A stretch of 32,000 bases of DNA from positions 2,310,001-2,342,000 of the forward strand of contig CAWJMG010000003.1 of assembly GCA_963843975.1 (NCBI GenBank), given 5' to 3'. The stretch comes from an uncultured Actinomycetes bacterium. Its GTDB lineage: Bacteria > Actinomycetota > Actinomycetes > S36-B12 > CAIYMF01. The notes under the pieces were generated by a model. The model was not told the DNA's origin, searched no databases, and was given only the letters and a program-made list of their open reading frames with translations. The translations under genes and the position numbers were made by a program. Below are positions 8,297 to 16,321 of the stretch, piece by piece (position 1 is the first letter of the stretch; each line of letters starts with the position of its first letter).

Positions 8297-8641
8297 TCAC
8301 GACAGGTCGGGGGGCGGCGCTGTGGTGACGACGGGTGCCGGCGGTGCCGGCTCCGACGCCGAGCTGGCGACGGCGAGGTAGACGCATGCTGCGACGGCCA
8401 TCAGCAGCAGGTACACCCACCAGGCGCGCCACGGGGAGGTACGGGCCCGGTGCTCGGCCTCACGCTGGGCCTCGATGCGGCGGCGCTCGACGCGCGAGGC
8501 CGCGCCCAGGGCCTCGGCCTCGCGCACGCGACGGAGCTCGGCGCGCGTCGGGCGAGGGGTCAGGTCGCCGGGACCGATGAGCGTCTGCTCCACGGCTGGT
8601 GCACTCTCCGTTCCCGGTTCGTTGTCCTTCATGGGCGGCAT
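8297..8641 (-). CDS. Small single-pass membrane protein (114 aa) with an Arg/Glu-rich N-terminal helix; unknown function
   Basis: ATG at 8641 lies 31 nt after the upstream stop. The sequence reads ...AELRRVREAEALGAASRVERRRIEAQREAEHRA..., then TM WWVYLLLMAVAACVYLAVA, then a Pro-rich tail. The rest of track ORF 8297..9010 overlaps the upstream gene and looks non-coding. Confidence 0.55.
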   Translation of the reverse strand: MPPMKDNEPGTESAPAVEQTLIGPGDLTPRPTRAELRRVREAEALGAASRVERRRIEAQREAEHRARTSPWRAWWVYLLLMAVAACVYLAVASSASEPAPPAPVVTTAPPPDLS

Positions 8642-8672
8642 GGTGTGGTCGTCGAGGTGGTCGGGGACACGG

Positions 8673-9575
8673 TCAGTGCCGGGGCACGTACGCGCGCGAC
8701 CCACCGGCCGCCGCCACGAGCAGCGCGCCGACGAGCAGCAGGAGCAGTCCGGAGCCGAGCGGGGCAAGGGGGTCGGCCCCGGTGTGCGCCAGGGTGCCCT
8801 GGGGTGTCGAGGCCGGCGACACGCGTGGCGTGGTGGTGCTCGTGCCGGGGACGACCGCTGGCGCCACCTGGGTCGCGGACGGCCCTCCCGGGGCGATGAC
8901 GTAGAAGACGGCCTGGCTGACGGCCGACCCCGCCGACGCGTCAATCGTGTAGACGCCCGGGGCGAACCCCGCGGGAAGCAGCAGCGTGAGAGACCCTGCG
9001 CCCGCTGCATCGACGCGGATGTCGGGCGTCAGCGTCTGCGTGCCGAGCCGCACGACGACCTCGGCGTACGCCGGGTAGCCCGCGACGTTCACGCGGTACG
9101 AACGGCCCGTCTGGACGGGTGCGCTGCCGGGTACGAAGGCCCCGGCGGCCGTGGTGACCCATACCGACGGCACACCGGTGACGACGAGGCCCACGGGCGA
9201 GCTCTGCGAGGACGTGAACGCCCCCGGGTCGTAGGGCACGAACGTCGCCACGACGTCGGGGGTGCCGACGGGGAGGTACAGGGCGCCGGTCGTCGCCGTC
9301 CCGTCGGCCACGTCCACCGACGCGAGGATCCGTCCGTCGCCGGTGAACCGGACGAAGCCCGTCGCACCACCGGGCGCGACCCGCGCGGAGAACGACAGCG
9401 GGGTCCTGACGGTCGCGGTCGTGGCCGGGAGCACCTGCAGAGCCGTGGTCGTGACCACCGGCTGGCCGTCCGCCGACGCGGCCGGGAGGCTGAGACCGGA
9501 CACCGACGCAGCGAGGAGCGCGACGGCGAGCACGGACACGACGCGCCGCAGCGCGGTCGACCCCGTGGCGGTCAC
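8673..9575 (-). CDS. LAHTG cell-wall-anchored Ig-like surface protein (300 aa)
   Basis: GTG at 9575 is preceded by GGGAGAG. Signal peptide ...ALRRVVSVLAVALLAASVSGLSLPAASA. Ig-like segment GFVRFTGDGRILASVDVADGTATTGALYLPVGTPDVVATFVPYD. Sorting signal LAHTG, then a hydrophobic stretch, then GGSRAYVPRH. Confidence 0.8.
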   Translation of the reverse strand: MTATGSTALRRVVSVLAVALLAASVSGLSLPAASADGQPVVTTTALQVLPATTATVRTPLSFSARVAPGGATGFVRFTGDGRILASVDVADGTATTGALYLPVGTPDVVATFVPYDPGAFTSSQSSPVGLVVTGVPSVWVTTAAGAFVPGSAPVQTGRSYRVNVAGYPAYAEVVVRLGTQTLTPDIRVDAAGAGSLTLLLPAGFAPGVYTIDASAGSAVSQAVFYVIAPGGPSATQVAPAVVPGTSTTTPRVSPASTPQGTLAHTGADPLAPLGSGLLLLLVGALLVAAAGGSRAYVPRH

Positions 9576-9717
9576 GTGCTCTCCCTGGTCAGGACGTCGG
9601 AACCTCGGTCGGTCATGCTGTCGATCCGCCACGCACTCCGGCCTGACACGGGATGACGCCTGCCCGAAGGCCCGGTGAACAGCGGGCGGCGTCCTCACTC
9701 CATCGGGTGACGCCGTC

Positions 9718-10860
9718 TCAGCGCCTGGCGCTCACGAGCGCTTCCTCCGCGGGCCCGGAGCCCCGCACCCGACGGCCGGCGGGCGGCTCGGTGAGCCGAC
9801 GGCGGCGGATGAGGAGCGCGAGCAGCAGGACCAGAAGGAGCAGGCAGCCCACGACGAGCCACGGGACCGCCCAGAACTGCGTCGTCGCGGTCACCGGCTC
9901 CGAGGGCGGGTTCGCGTCGCCCTCGGCCGCGAGCGGGAAGACCCGCACCGTCGCGGTCATGAGCAGCTGCGGCGTCACCTCGGGCACGGGGATGGTGAAC
10001 GTCGCCGTGCCTCCGGGGAGGAGCAGCGGGACGTCGGGGACCTCGGCCGCCTCCACGGCTCCCCCGAAGATGCCGGCGACTCCGACCGACTGGCGGCCGC
10101 CGAGCCGCACGTTCCCGGTGTTCCGCACCGTGTAGGTGACGACCGCGGTACCGCGCCCGAACGGGTTGAGCGTGCCGTTGTACCGGGCGGAGAGACCCTC
10201 GACCGAGAGCTCCGCCTTCAGCTCGCCGGCGACACGGACCGCCATCTTGAGGGCGACGCGCTGCTCGAGCTTGACGACCGATCCTCGGTCTCCCGGCGTC
10301 GCGCCCTTGGCCACGGTCGACACGACGATGCCCGCGAGGTGGTCGCCGACCGGGGCGCCCTTCGGGATGGTGACGCGGAACGGCACGAACAGCGTCTGCT
10401 TGGGCGCGAGCTTCACGAACGGCTTGCCGGAGGGTGTGGTGAAGACGACCCACTTCGCGGCGTCGGCGATCTTCGCGGCAGCCGGCTGCAGGCCGAGCTC
10501 GCCGTCGGGGCCGTTGACCGCGTCGACGGCGTACAGGTTCAGCGTGAGGGGGACGGTCGAGAGGTTGACGACCGCCACCTCGTCCTTGACCACTCCGCCA
10601 CGTGTGCTGAGGAGCGTGTAGCCCGTCCTCAGGTCGAGCTTGCCCTTGCTCGACGGGCCGAGCCCGTAGGTGACCGTGGTCGGTGGTGCTGAGGCCGTCG
10701 ACGAGGGCGACGGCGAGGGCGACGGGCTGGCGGCGAGCGCGGGGCCGGACGCGCCCACGAGCAGGGCCAGGGCGAGCGCGGAAGCGCTGAGCGGGGCGAG
10801 CAGGCGGCGGGCGATCACCCCCGTATCCGACCGGGTCCGTGCGACGTGCGGGCCAAGCAA
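9718..10860 (-). CDS. DUF916-like (CscA-like) cell-surface protein with a C-terminal TM anchor (380 aa)
   Basis: A signal peptide is followed by SPSPSPSPS. The pattern resembles DUF916: YGLGPSS..LDLRTGYTLLSTRGGVVKDEVAVVNLSTVPLTLNLYAVDAVNGPDGELGL and WVVFT...VKLAPKQTLFVPFRVTIPKGAPVGDHLAGIVV. C-terminal TM WLVVGCLLLLVLLLALLIRRRR. The assignment is by eye only. Confidence 0.65.
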   Translation of the reverse strand: MLGPHVARTRSDTGVIARRLLAPLSASALALALLVGASGPALAASPSPSPSPSSTASAPPTTVTYGLGPSSKGKLDLRTGYTLLSTRGGVVKDEVAVVNLSTVPLTLNLYAVDAVNGPDGELGLQPAAAKIADAAKWVVFTTPSGKPFVKLAPKQTLFVPFRVTIPKGAPVGDHLAGIVVSTVAKGATPGDRGSVVKLEQRVALKMAVRVAGELKAELSVEGLSARYNGTLNPFGRGTAVVTYTVRNTGNVRLGGRQSVGVAGIFGGAVEAAEVPDVPLLLPGGTATFTIPVPEVTPQLLMTATVRVFPLAAEGDANPPSEPVTATTQFWAVPWLVVGCLLLLVLLLALLIRRRRLTEPPAGRRVRGSGPAEEALVSARR

Positions 10861-10882
10861 GGGTGAACGCTGGACGACAAGA

Positions 10883-10912
10883 GCGGGGCGAGCCCCGAAG
10901 GACTCGCCCCGC
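10883..10912 (-). terminator. Hairpin after the WxL-type gene (possible terminator or attenuator inside the gene block)
   Basis: Perfect 10-bp stem GCGGGGCGAG (10883-10892) / CTCGCCCCGC (10903-10912) with a 10-nt loop. On the minus strand it is followed by TCTTGTCGTCC. Confidence 0.5.
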
Positions 10913-10939
10913 CCGTCGTTCAGCCCGGGGTGACCAGGG

Positions 10940-12694
10940 TCAGGCGCCGATCACCGTGAAGGTGATGACACCGGTGTAGAGACCGGCGGTGACGCTGGTG
11001 GGCGCCGTCACCGTCAGGGTGCCCTGCGCGGTCGTGGTACCGAGACCGTTGTTGGCGTGCAGGATCGAGTGCGGCGCGGTGCCGCCCAGACCCTGGTTGC
11101 CCACGTTGTTGTAGGTCAGGTACTGACCGGCGGGGTTGTCGAACGCCGAGAAGTTCGTGGCGGCGTTCGGGCTGCCCGCAGGCAGGTTCAGCGTTGCGGT
11201 GCTGTCGACGGCGTTCGTCGTGAAGGTGAGACCCGTGAGACCGACGTTGTTGCTGCTGATGGTCTCGGTCGGGCCGGCCGCACCCTTGGTGAAGGTCGAC
11301 GACAGTGCCTGGGCGGTCCAGGCGGTGTTACCGGCGCGCGTGTCGGCGACGGTGATGTTGGCGAAGGTCGCCGTGGCCGAGAAGCCGTTGACGCCGTTGA
11401 GGGTCATGGGACCCATGGCGAGCGGCGAGGCGGCGGTGTACGGCGTGTTGATGGTGATGACGCCCGCGGGGACCTCGACCGTGACGGTCTGCGGGTCCGT
11501 GTCGAGCGGCGTGAGGTTCGCCGTCACCGAGAAGGACGCAGCCGGGCTGGTCGACGCTGCGAAGGCGGTGCCACCCACGGCGCTGCCGAGGTAGTCGGCG
11601 GTGACCGAGTACGGGCCACCGGTCGGCTTGAAGACGCTCAGCGTGGCGACGCCGGAGGCGTTGACCGCGATGGGCGAACCGACGTTGGCGCCGTCGACCT
11701 TGAACTGCACCTGGCCCACGGTGACGGGCGAGGCGCCGTTGGTCACCGTCGCGGTGGCCACGACGGCAGAGCCGTTCGTGACTGACGCGGCGGACAGACC
11801 GAGGCCGGTGCTGGTCGCGACGCTGTTCTGCGTCACGGTCAGCGTGGTGCTGCCGGTGCTGTTGCCGTAGTTCGACGTCGCGTCCGATCCGCCGGTGAAG
11901 ACGGCCGAGACGGCCTTGGCGCCGGCCGCCAGCGAGGAGTACGAACCCGAGACCGCGACGCCGGCCGCGTTCACCGCGACCGGGGCGCCGAAGTTCACGC
12001 CGTCCACCTTGAACTGCACCGAGCCCGCGATCGCCGAGCCGGAGGCCGGCGAGACGGTGGCGGTGAAGGTGCTCGAGCCGAGCGTGTCGATCGAGGCGGG
12101 CGCGGCCGACACGACGGTCGTGGTGGCCACGTTCTGCAGGATCGGGCCGGCCGAGGCGACCGAGCCGTTGGCGGCGATCACGACGCGGCCGCTGAACTCG
12201 CCCAGCGTCGCCGACGAGGTCAGCGTGCGGCAGACGAGCTCGACGAGGTAGGTGCCCTGGCCGAGGGCCGCGAGGCCGTTGTTGGACGCGAACTGCTGGA
12301 GCGTCTGGGAGACCGGAGCGGTGAACGCCTGGTTGATGCCACCGGCAATGGTCGAGCCGGCGGTGTTGCCCTGGATGTTCGGCGCGGTCGGGGGCGTGGC
12401 CAGGTTGGCCGTGTTGCCCGGGACGCTCGGGTCGTTCGAGACGCGGATCTGGAAGTTCGTGGCGTTGGTCGGCGTGGTGGGGCAGCCGGCCGAGGTGGCC
12501 ACGGAGAAGGGGGCGCTCTGGGCCGAGCCGGCGGAGATGCCGGTGAAGCTCAGCGCACCGATCTGTGCGGCGGAGGCCGCCGGGGCTGCCACGAGGGCAG
12601 CCCCGGCGACGAGCGCCGCAGAAAGTCCGGCCACAGAGGCGCGGGTGAGGAGACGCTTCATGAGTGAGTCAGTCGCTTTCTGCGTTGGTGTCAC
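10940..12694 (-). CDS. Secreted surface protein (584 aa). It has the shared two-Cys N-terminal domain, two Ig-like (Big-type) domains and a C-terminal WxL-like domain (CscB/C-like).
   Basis: Signal peptide ...LSAALVAGAALVAAPAASA; the start may instead be ATG 12661 (MKRLL). Ig-like segments read GSVQFKVDGVNFGAPVAVNAAGVA and GQVQFKVDGANVGSPIAVNASGVA. The C-terminal ~190 aa reads ITVADTRAGNTAWTAQALSSTF ... GLYTGVITFTVIGA, resembling the two-motif WxL architecture. Confidence 0.7.
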   Translation of the reverse strand: MTPTQKATDSLMKRLLTRASVAGLSAALVAGAALVAAPAASAAQIGALSFTGISAGSAQSAPFSVATSAGCPTTPTNATNFQIRVSNDPSVPGNTANLATPPTAPNIQGNTAGSTIAGGINQAFTAPVSQTLQQFASNNGLAALGQGTYLVELVCRTLTSSATLGEFSGRVVIAANGSVASAGPILQNVATTTVVSAAPASIDTLGSSTFTATVSPASGSAIAGSVQFKVDGVNFGAPVAVNAAGVAVSGSYSSLAAGAKAVSAVFTGGSDATSNYGNSTGSTTLTVTQNSVATSTGLGLSAASVTNGSAVVATATVTNGASPVTVGQVQFKVDGANVGSPIAVNASGVATLSVFKPTGGPYSVTADYLGSAVGGTAFAASTSPAASFSVTANLTPLDTDPQTVTVEVPAGVITINTPYTAASPLAMGPMTLNGVNGFSATATFANITVADTRAGNTAWTAQALSSTFTKGAAGPTETISSNNVGLTGLTFTTNAVDSTATLNLPAGSPNAATNFSAFDNPAGQYLTYNNVGNQGLGGTAPHSILHANNGLGTTTAQGTLTVTAPTSVTAGLYTGVITFTVIGA

Positions 12695-12700
12695 GAACGA

Positions 12701-13729
12701 TCAGGACTGGCTGGACGTGTCGCCACAGCTCGGGTTCGCACCGAAGCCGTTGGCGGTGATGACCGACGTCTGCTGGCAGACGAGGCTGGAGCCACCCACG
12801 AAGACGGTGCTCCACGGGGCGACCGCGATCTTCGAGGTCGGGATGATGTTGAACAGGTCGCGCGAGACCGGGAAGGACGCGTTGCCGTTGACGGGCAGCG
12901 TGCCGCCGATCTGGCCGAGCACGTTCAGGGCGCCGCGGACGTCGGTGTTGTTGCCGGCGGCCTGGACGTTGTAGAGGCCGATCGAGAACGGCATGATCTC
13001 GTCGGTCTTGAGCGAGCGGCCGTCGTTCTCCTGGACGTACGGACGACCGGTGCCGGGGACGCCGTTCACCGTGGTGCCGACCGGCACGAGGCAGGGGTAG
13101 GTGCCCGCCGAGATCTGCGCCTCGGTGATGCCCATCTGCCCGATCCAGAACGCGCGCGAGCCGGAACCGGTCTGCGGGAGCACCGGCCAGATGTCGGGCG
13201 TGAAGAGGCACTTGTAGACGTTCTGGACGTCGGTGAGGCCGAGGCCGACGCGCGCCACGTTGCCGTCACCACGGGTGATGTAGGTGCTGGAGTCCTTGGC
13301 GAACGGGATGAAGGTAAGCGACGGCGTCGAGGTGAAGGTGCCCTTCGCCGACGACGAGCGCGAGAAGTCGAGGCAGCCCGACCGCGGGTCGGCGGCCTGC
13401 AGCGACTCGAGCAGGCGCGAGCGGCCTGCACCGGAGCCGTTGGCCTCGGTGCGGGTGTAGGTGCACGCCGCGTTGGCGGTGCGGGTCTGGAACGTCGCGG
13501 GCGAGCCGATGGCGTCCCACGACGCGATCTGCTTCACGCCGCCGATCTGGACCGCGTCGGCCAGGTCGTTCATGACGTTCTGCGTGGTGTCCGAGCCGAC
13601 ACCCGTGAGAGCGCGGCTGCCGCCGGCCGGGGTTCCGTTCGGGTCGGCCGAGGCCGGGGATGCCGAGAGCAGCCCCGCCGCGACCAGGCCGACGCCAGCG
13701 ACGGCGGCCAGGGTCTTCGAGATCTTCAC
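12701..13729 (-). CDS. Secreted PstS-family/PBP-like substrate-binding protein (342 aa), ligand unknown
   Basis: GTG at 13729 is preceded by GGGAGAGGA. Signal peptide MKISKTLAAVAGVGLVAAGLLSASPASA. PBP-like motifs are LTGVGSDTTQNV, NGSGAGRSRL, LDFSRSSS and QTGSGSRAFW. There are six cysteines. It lacks the RxDGSGTT phosphate-clamp motif. Confidence 0.7.
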   Translation of the reverse strand: MKISKTLAAVAGVGLVAAGLLSASPASADPNGTPAGGSRALTGVGSDTTQNVMNDLADAVQIGGVKQIASWDAIGSPATFQTRTANAACTYTRTEANGSGAGRSRLLESLQAADPRSGCLDFSRSSSAKGTFTSTPSLTFIPFAKDSSTYITRGDGNVARVGLGLTDVQNVYKCLFTPDIWPVLPQTGSGSRAFWIGQMGITEAQISAGTYPCLVPVGTTVNGVPGTGRPYVQENDGRSLKTDEIMPFSIGLYNVQAAGNNTDVRGALNVLGQIGGTLPVNGNASFPVSRDLFNIIPTSKIAVAPWSTVFVGGSSLVCQQTSVITANGFGANPSCGDTSSQS

Positions 13730-13829
13730 GATCTGGTCCTCTCCCTGAGGTGATCGACCAGCCCTGTGCCGGTCGGTCGGGTGGTGCAGCGAGCCGTGGT
13801 GCGGTGGTGCGGTGGACCGATCGCCTCCG

Positions 13830-16321
13830 TCAGGTGCGACGGGATGCGATCCACGGCAGGACGGTCCTGGCGAGCAGGGCCGACAGGCCGAGTACGAGGG
13901 CGGCCAGCAGGGCGAGACGGCTCGCCGAGGCTGGGTCCGCGGGGGTCGGCGCCGACGCGGCCACCGGCTGGGTGGACGGTGTCGAGGTCGGCGCCGGTGC
14001 CGAGGTGGTCGGGTCAGGAGTCGGGCTCTCGCCGCCGGTCGCCGGCACTCCGGCGCCGTCGTCGGGGACGACGACCGGGGTCGGCTCCGGCGTCGGGGAC
14101 GACTCCGTCGGAGTCGGGGTCGGGGTGGGCGTCGGCGTCGGTGTCGGCGCCACGTAGCTCCGCAGCGCGGCCGCCGCTGCGACCGTCTTCGCCGTGAGCG
14201 CGTCGGTCAGCGGGAGGTACCCCTCGGGCAGCTGCCCGGGAGCGGTGCCCGGCGTCTGCCCGGCACCGGCGGCGTAGGTGAGGAGCTTGGCGTAGTCCTC
14301 GCGACGGTCGGCCGTGAGCTTGGCGGGGACGGTCGCCGCGTAGCTCACGATGGTCAGCGGGTACGCAGCCGCGTTCGTCGTCGTGAGGTTCGGGAGGAGC
14401 ACGCCCTGCTTGTCCGGCGGCATGGCCGAGACGGCTGCGGACATCGAGGCCTGGTCGGGCGCGACGAAGGCGCCCGAGGCGTTCTTCAGCGCCACCGCCA
14501 CCTGGCGGTACCGCGCGGCCGACGCGGTGTCGGTCAGCCCGAGCATCGACCGCTGTCCGAGGGTCTGGTTCGGGGAGAGGCCGTACGAGTTGACCACCGC
14601 GAGCTTGGGCACGTCGCGACGGTTCGTGTCGCCGCGGCTCACCTGGCGGGCCGTGGCGTTGAAACCCGCGGCGTACGGGTAGACGTCGAGCGTGCAGTTG
14701 GCGAGGTCGAAGCCCGGCGGCGCGTTCGGCGGCACCTGGCAGCCGAGGTCCGCCCGGGGGAACGAGCTCGTGGGCAGGGTGAGCCCGACGTACTTCTCGT
14801 TGAGCTTCATGCCCCACGGGTCAGCCTTGCCGGCGAGGAACGCTGCGGCCTCGGGGTCCGACACGATGTAGCGCCACAGGAGGTCGGCGGAGTCCGACAG
14901 GCCGGCGTTCACCAGGAGCCGGCCGAGGCCACCGCCGATGAGGACCGTGTAGCCCTGCGGCTTGAAGTCCGGGTTGATGGCGAGGAAGTCGGGATCGCGC
15001 GAGATGTCGTACGGGTTCGTGCCGACGTTGGTCGCGGTGCCGTTCGCGAGGTCGAACGGGTAGCTCTGGGTCATGAGCTTGGCGAGCAGGCGCGGGGTCA
15101 GGTTGACCTGTTCGATGCGCGACCCGACCTTGCCGCGGATGTCGGCGGGGACGGAGTCCGGGCCGATCGGCTTGCCGCTGGGGTCGCGGACCGGCATCTG
15201 ACGGTCGACGTTGGCGACGAAGGTCATGGCGCTCACCGCCACCGGGGCGTAGACCACGCCCTTGGTCGACGGGTCGCTGCTGGTGACGAAAGCGAGACCC
15301 GGGTCGTCCGAGGCGATCTGCTGCCGGGTGGTGTCGTCGGACAGGCTGGTGAAGCCGTAGTTGTTGGCGCCGAGCCCGCACAGCTCGGGCTGCCACGCCG
15401 TGATCGCCTCGGTGATGAAGTCGGTGCCGAAGGTCGGGGTTTCGGGGCGGCCGAAGCTGCAGGCCGCACCGATGGGCTGGAAGGCGAGCGGGATGGTGAT
15501 CGCCTGCGTGAAGTTCGTGGTCGACAGCGGCGACGTGGAGAGCCAGTCGTCCGACCGGGTGCCGACGACCGTGCCGTCGACCTCGGTGAGACTGCGAGGC
15601 ACGATCACGAGGAAGCAGTTCGGCGTCCGGCCGTTGATGCTCTGGCCGCAGCCGAGGCCCGGGGCCTCGAGGCCGGTCTGCATCTCGAAGAACGCCTGGC
15701 CGGTGCCGTCCTGCGCCGTTCGGCCGATCGGGATCTCGTTGGTCGTCGAGCCGTCGAAGAACTGGCTGCGACGCTCGGTCTCGACCGTGCCGTCGACGCC
15801 GTGGAACTCGACGTACTTCTGGGTGAAGTCGCCCGGAGCCTGGACGTAGACCGTCTCGTTCGGGTCCTTGACCGGCTGTGTCATCTGGCGGGACGCGATG
15901 TTGGCCGAGCCGTCCGGCACGTCGACGAAGCCGCCGTACTGGCACTGCTCGCGGGTGGGCTTCTGGCCCGGCTCGGCCCAGCACTGCATGAGCTGCATGT
16001 AGTTGCCCAGCACGGTGCCGCTGCCCGTGACGAGGGAGGGGGCGGCGTTCTTCCACGTGACCGTGACCGACTGGTTGACGAGGTCGGTCGTCTGGTCGAC
16101 GGTGAACTCGACCGACGAGAACTCACCCGTGCCGGTGACCGTCACGGGCTCGTGGCCGCCGCCGCGCGCGGTGAGATCGATGCCGCCGCGTCCTCCGCCG
16201 GGCCGCCCACGAGGACGGTCGGCACGACTGCGAACGCAGCCGCCACCGCGACGGCGACGCCGCGCGCAACACGCTCGCCGGTGATCCGGCGGCGCGGCCG
16301 GGTGGTGAGGACGTGGCTCAC
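13830..16321 (-). pseudogene. Large (~830 aa) secreted PstS-family-like protein with a P/T-rich stalk and C-terminal TM anchor. An apparent 1-nt frameshift lies between the signal peptide and the mature part (or is a sequencing error).
   Basis: GTG 16321 overlaps the upstream TGA (GTGA). It encodes the signal peptide VSHVLTTRPRRRITGERVARGVAVAVAAAFAVVPTVLVGGPAEDAAA, then hits TGA after 59 codons. The body (IDLTARGGGHEPVTVTGTGEF...) reads in the -1 frame. The span is 2492 nt (3n+2). The C-terminal half has PstS-like ends: YPLTIVSYAATVP...LLTYAAGAGQ...LPEGYLPLTDAL. Then come (PT)n and TM LALLAALVLGLSALLA with tail SRRT. The 997-aa track ORF is an artefactual upstream extension. Confidence 0.7.
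13920..14150 (-). repeat. Low-complexity P/T-rich stalk-coding region, including (PT)7
   Basis: The translation is APTPTPTPTPTPTPTESSPTPEPTP...SAPAPTSTPSTQP, immediately before the C-terminal TM helix. Confidence 0.8.
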
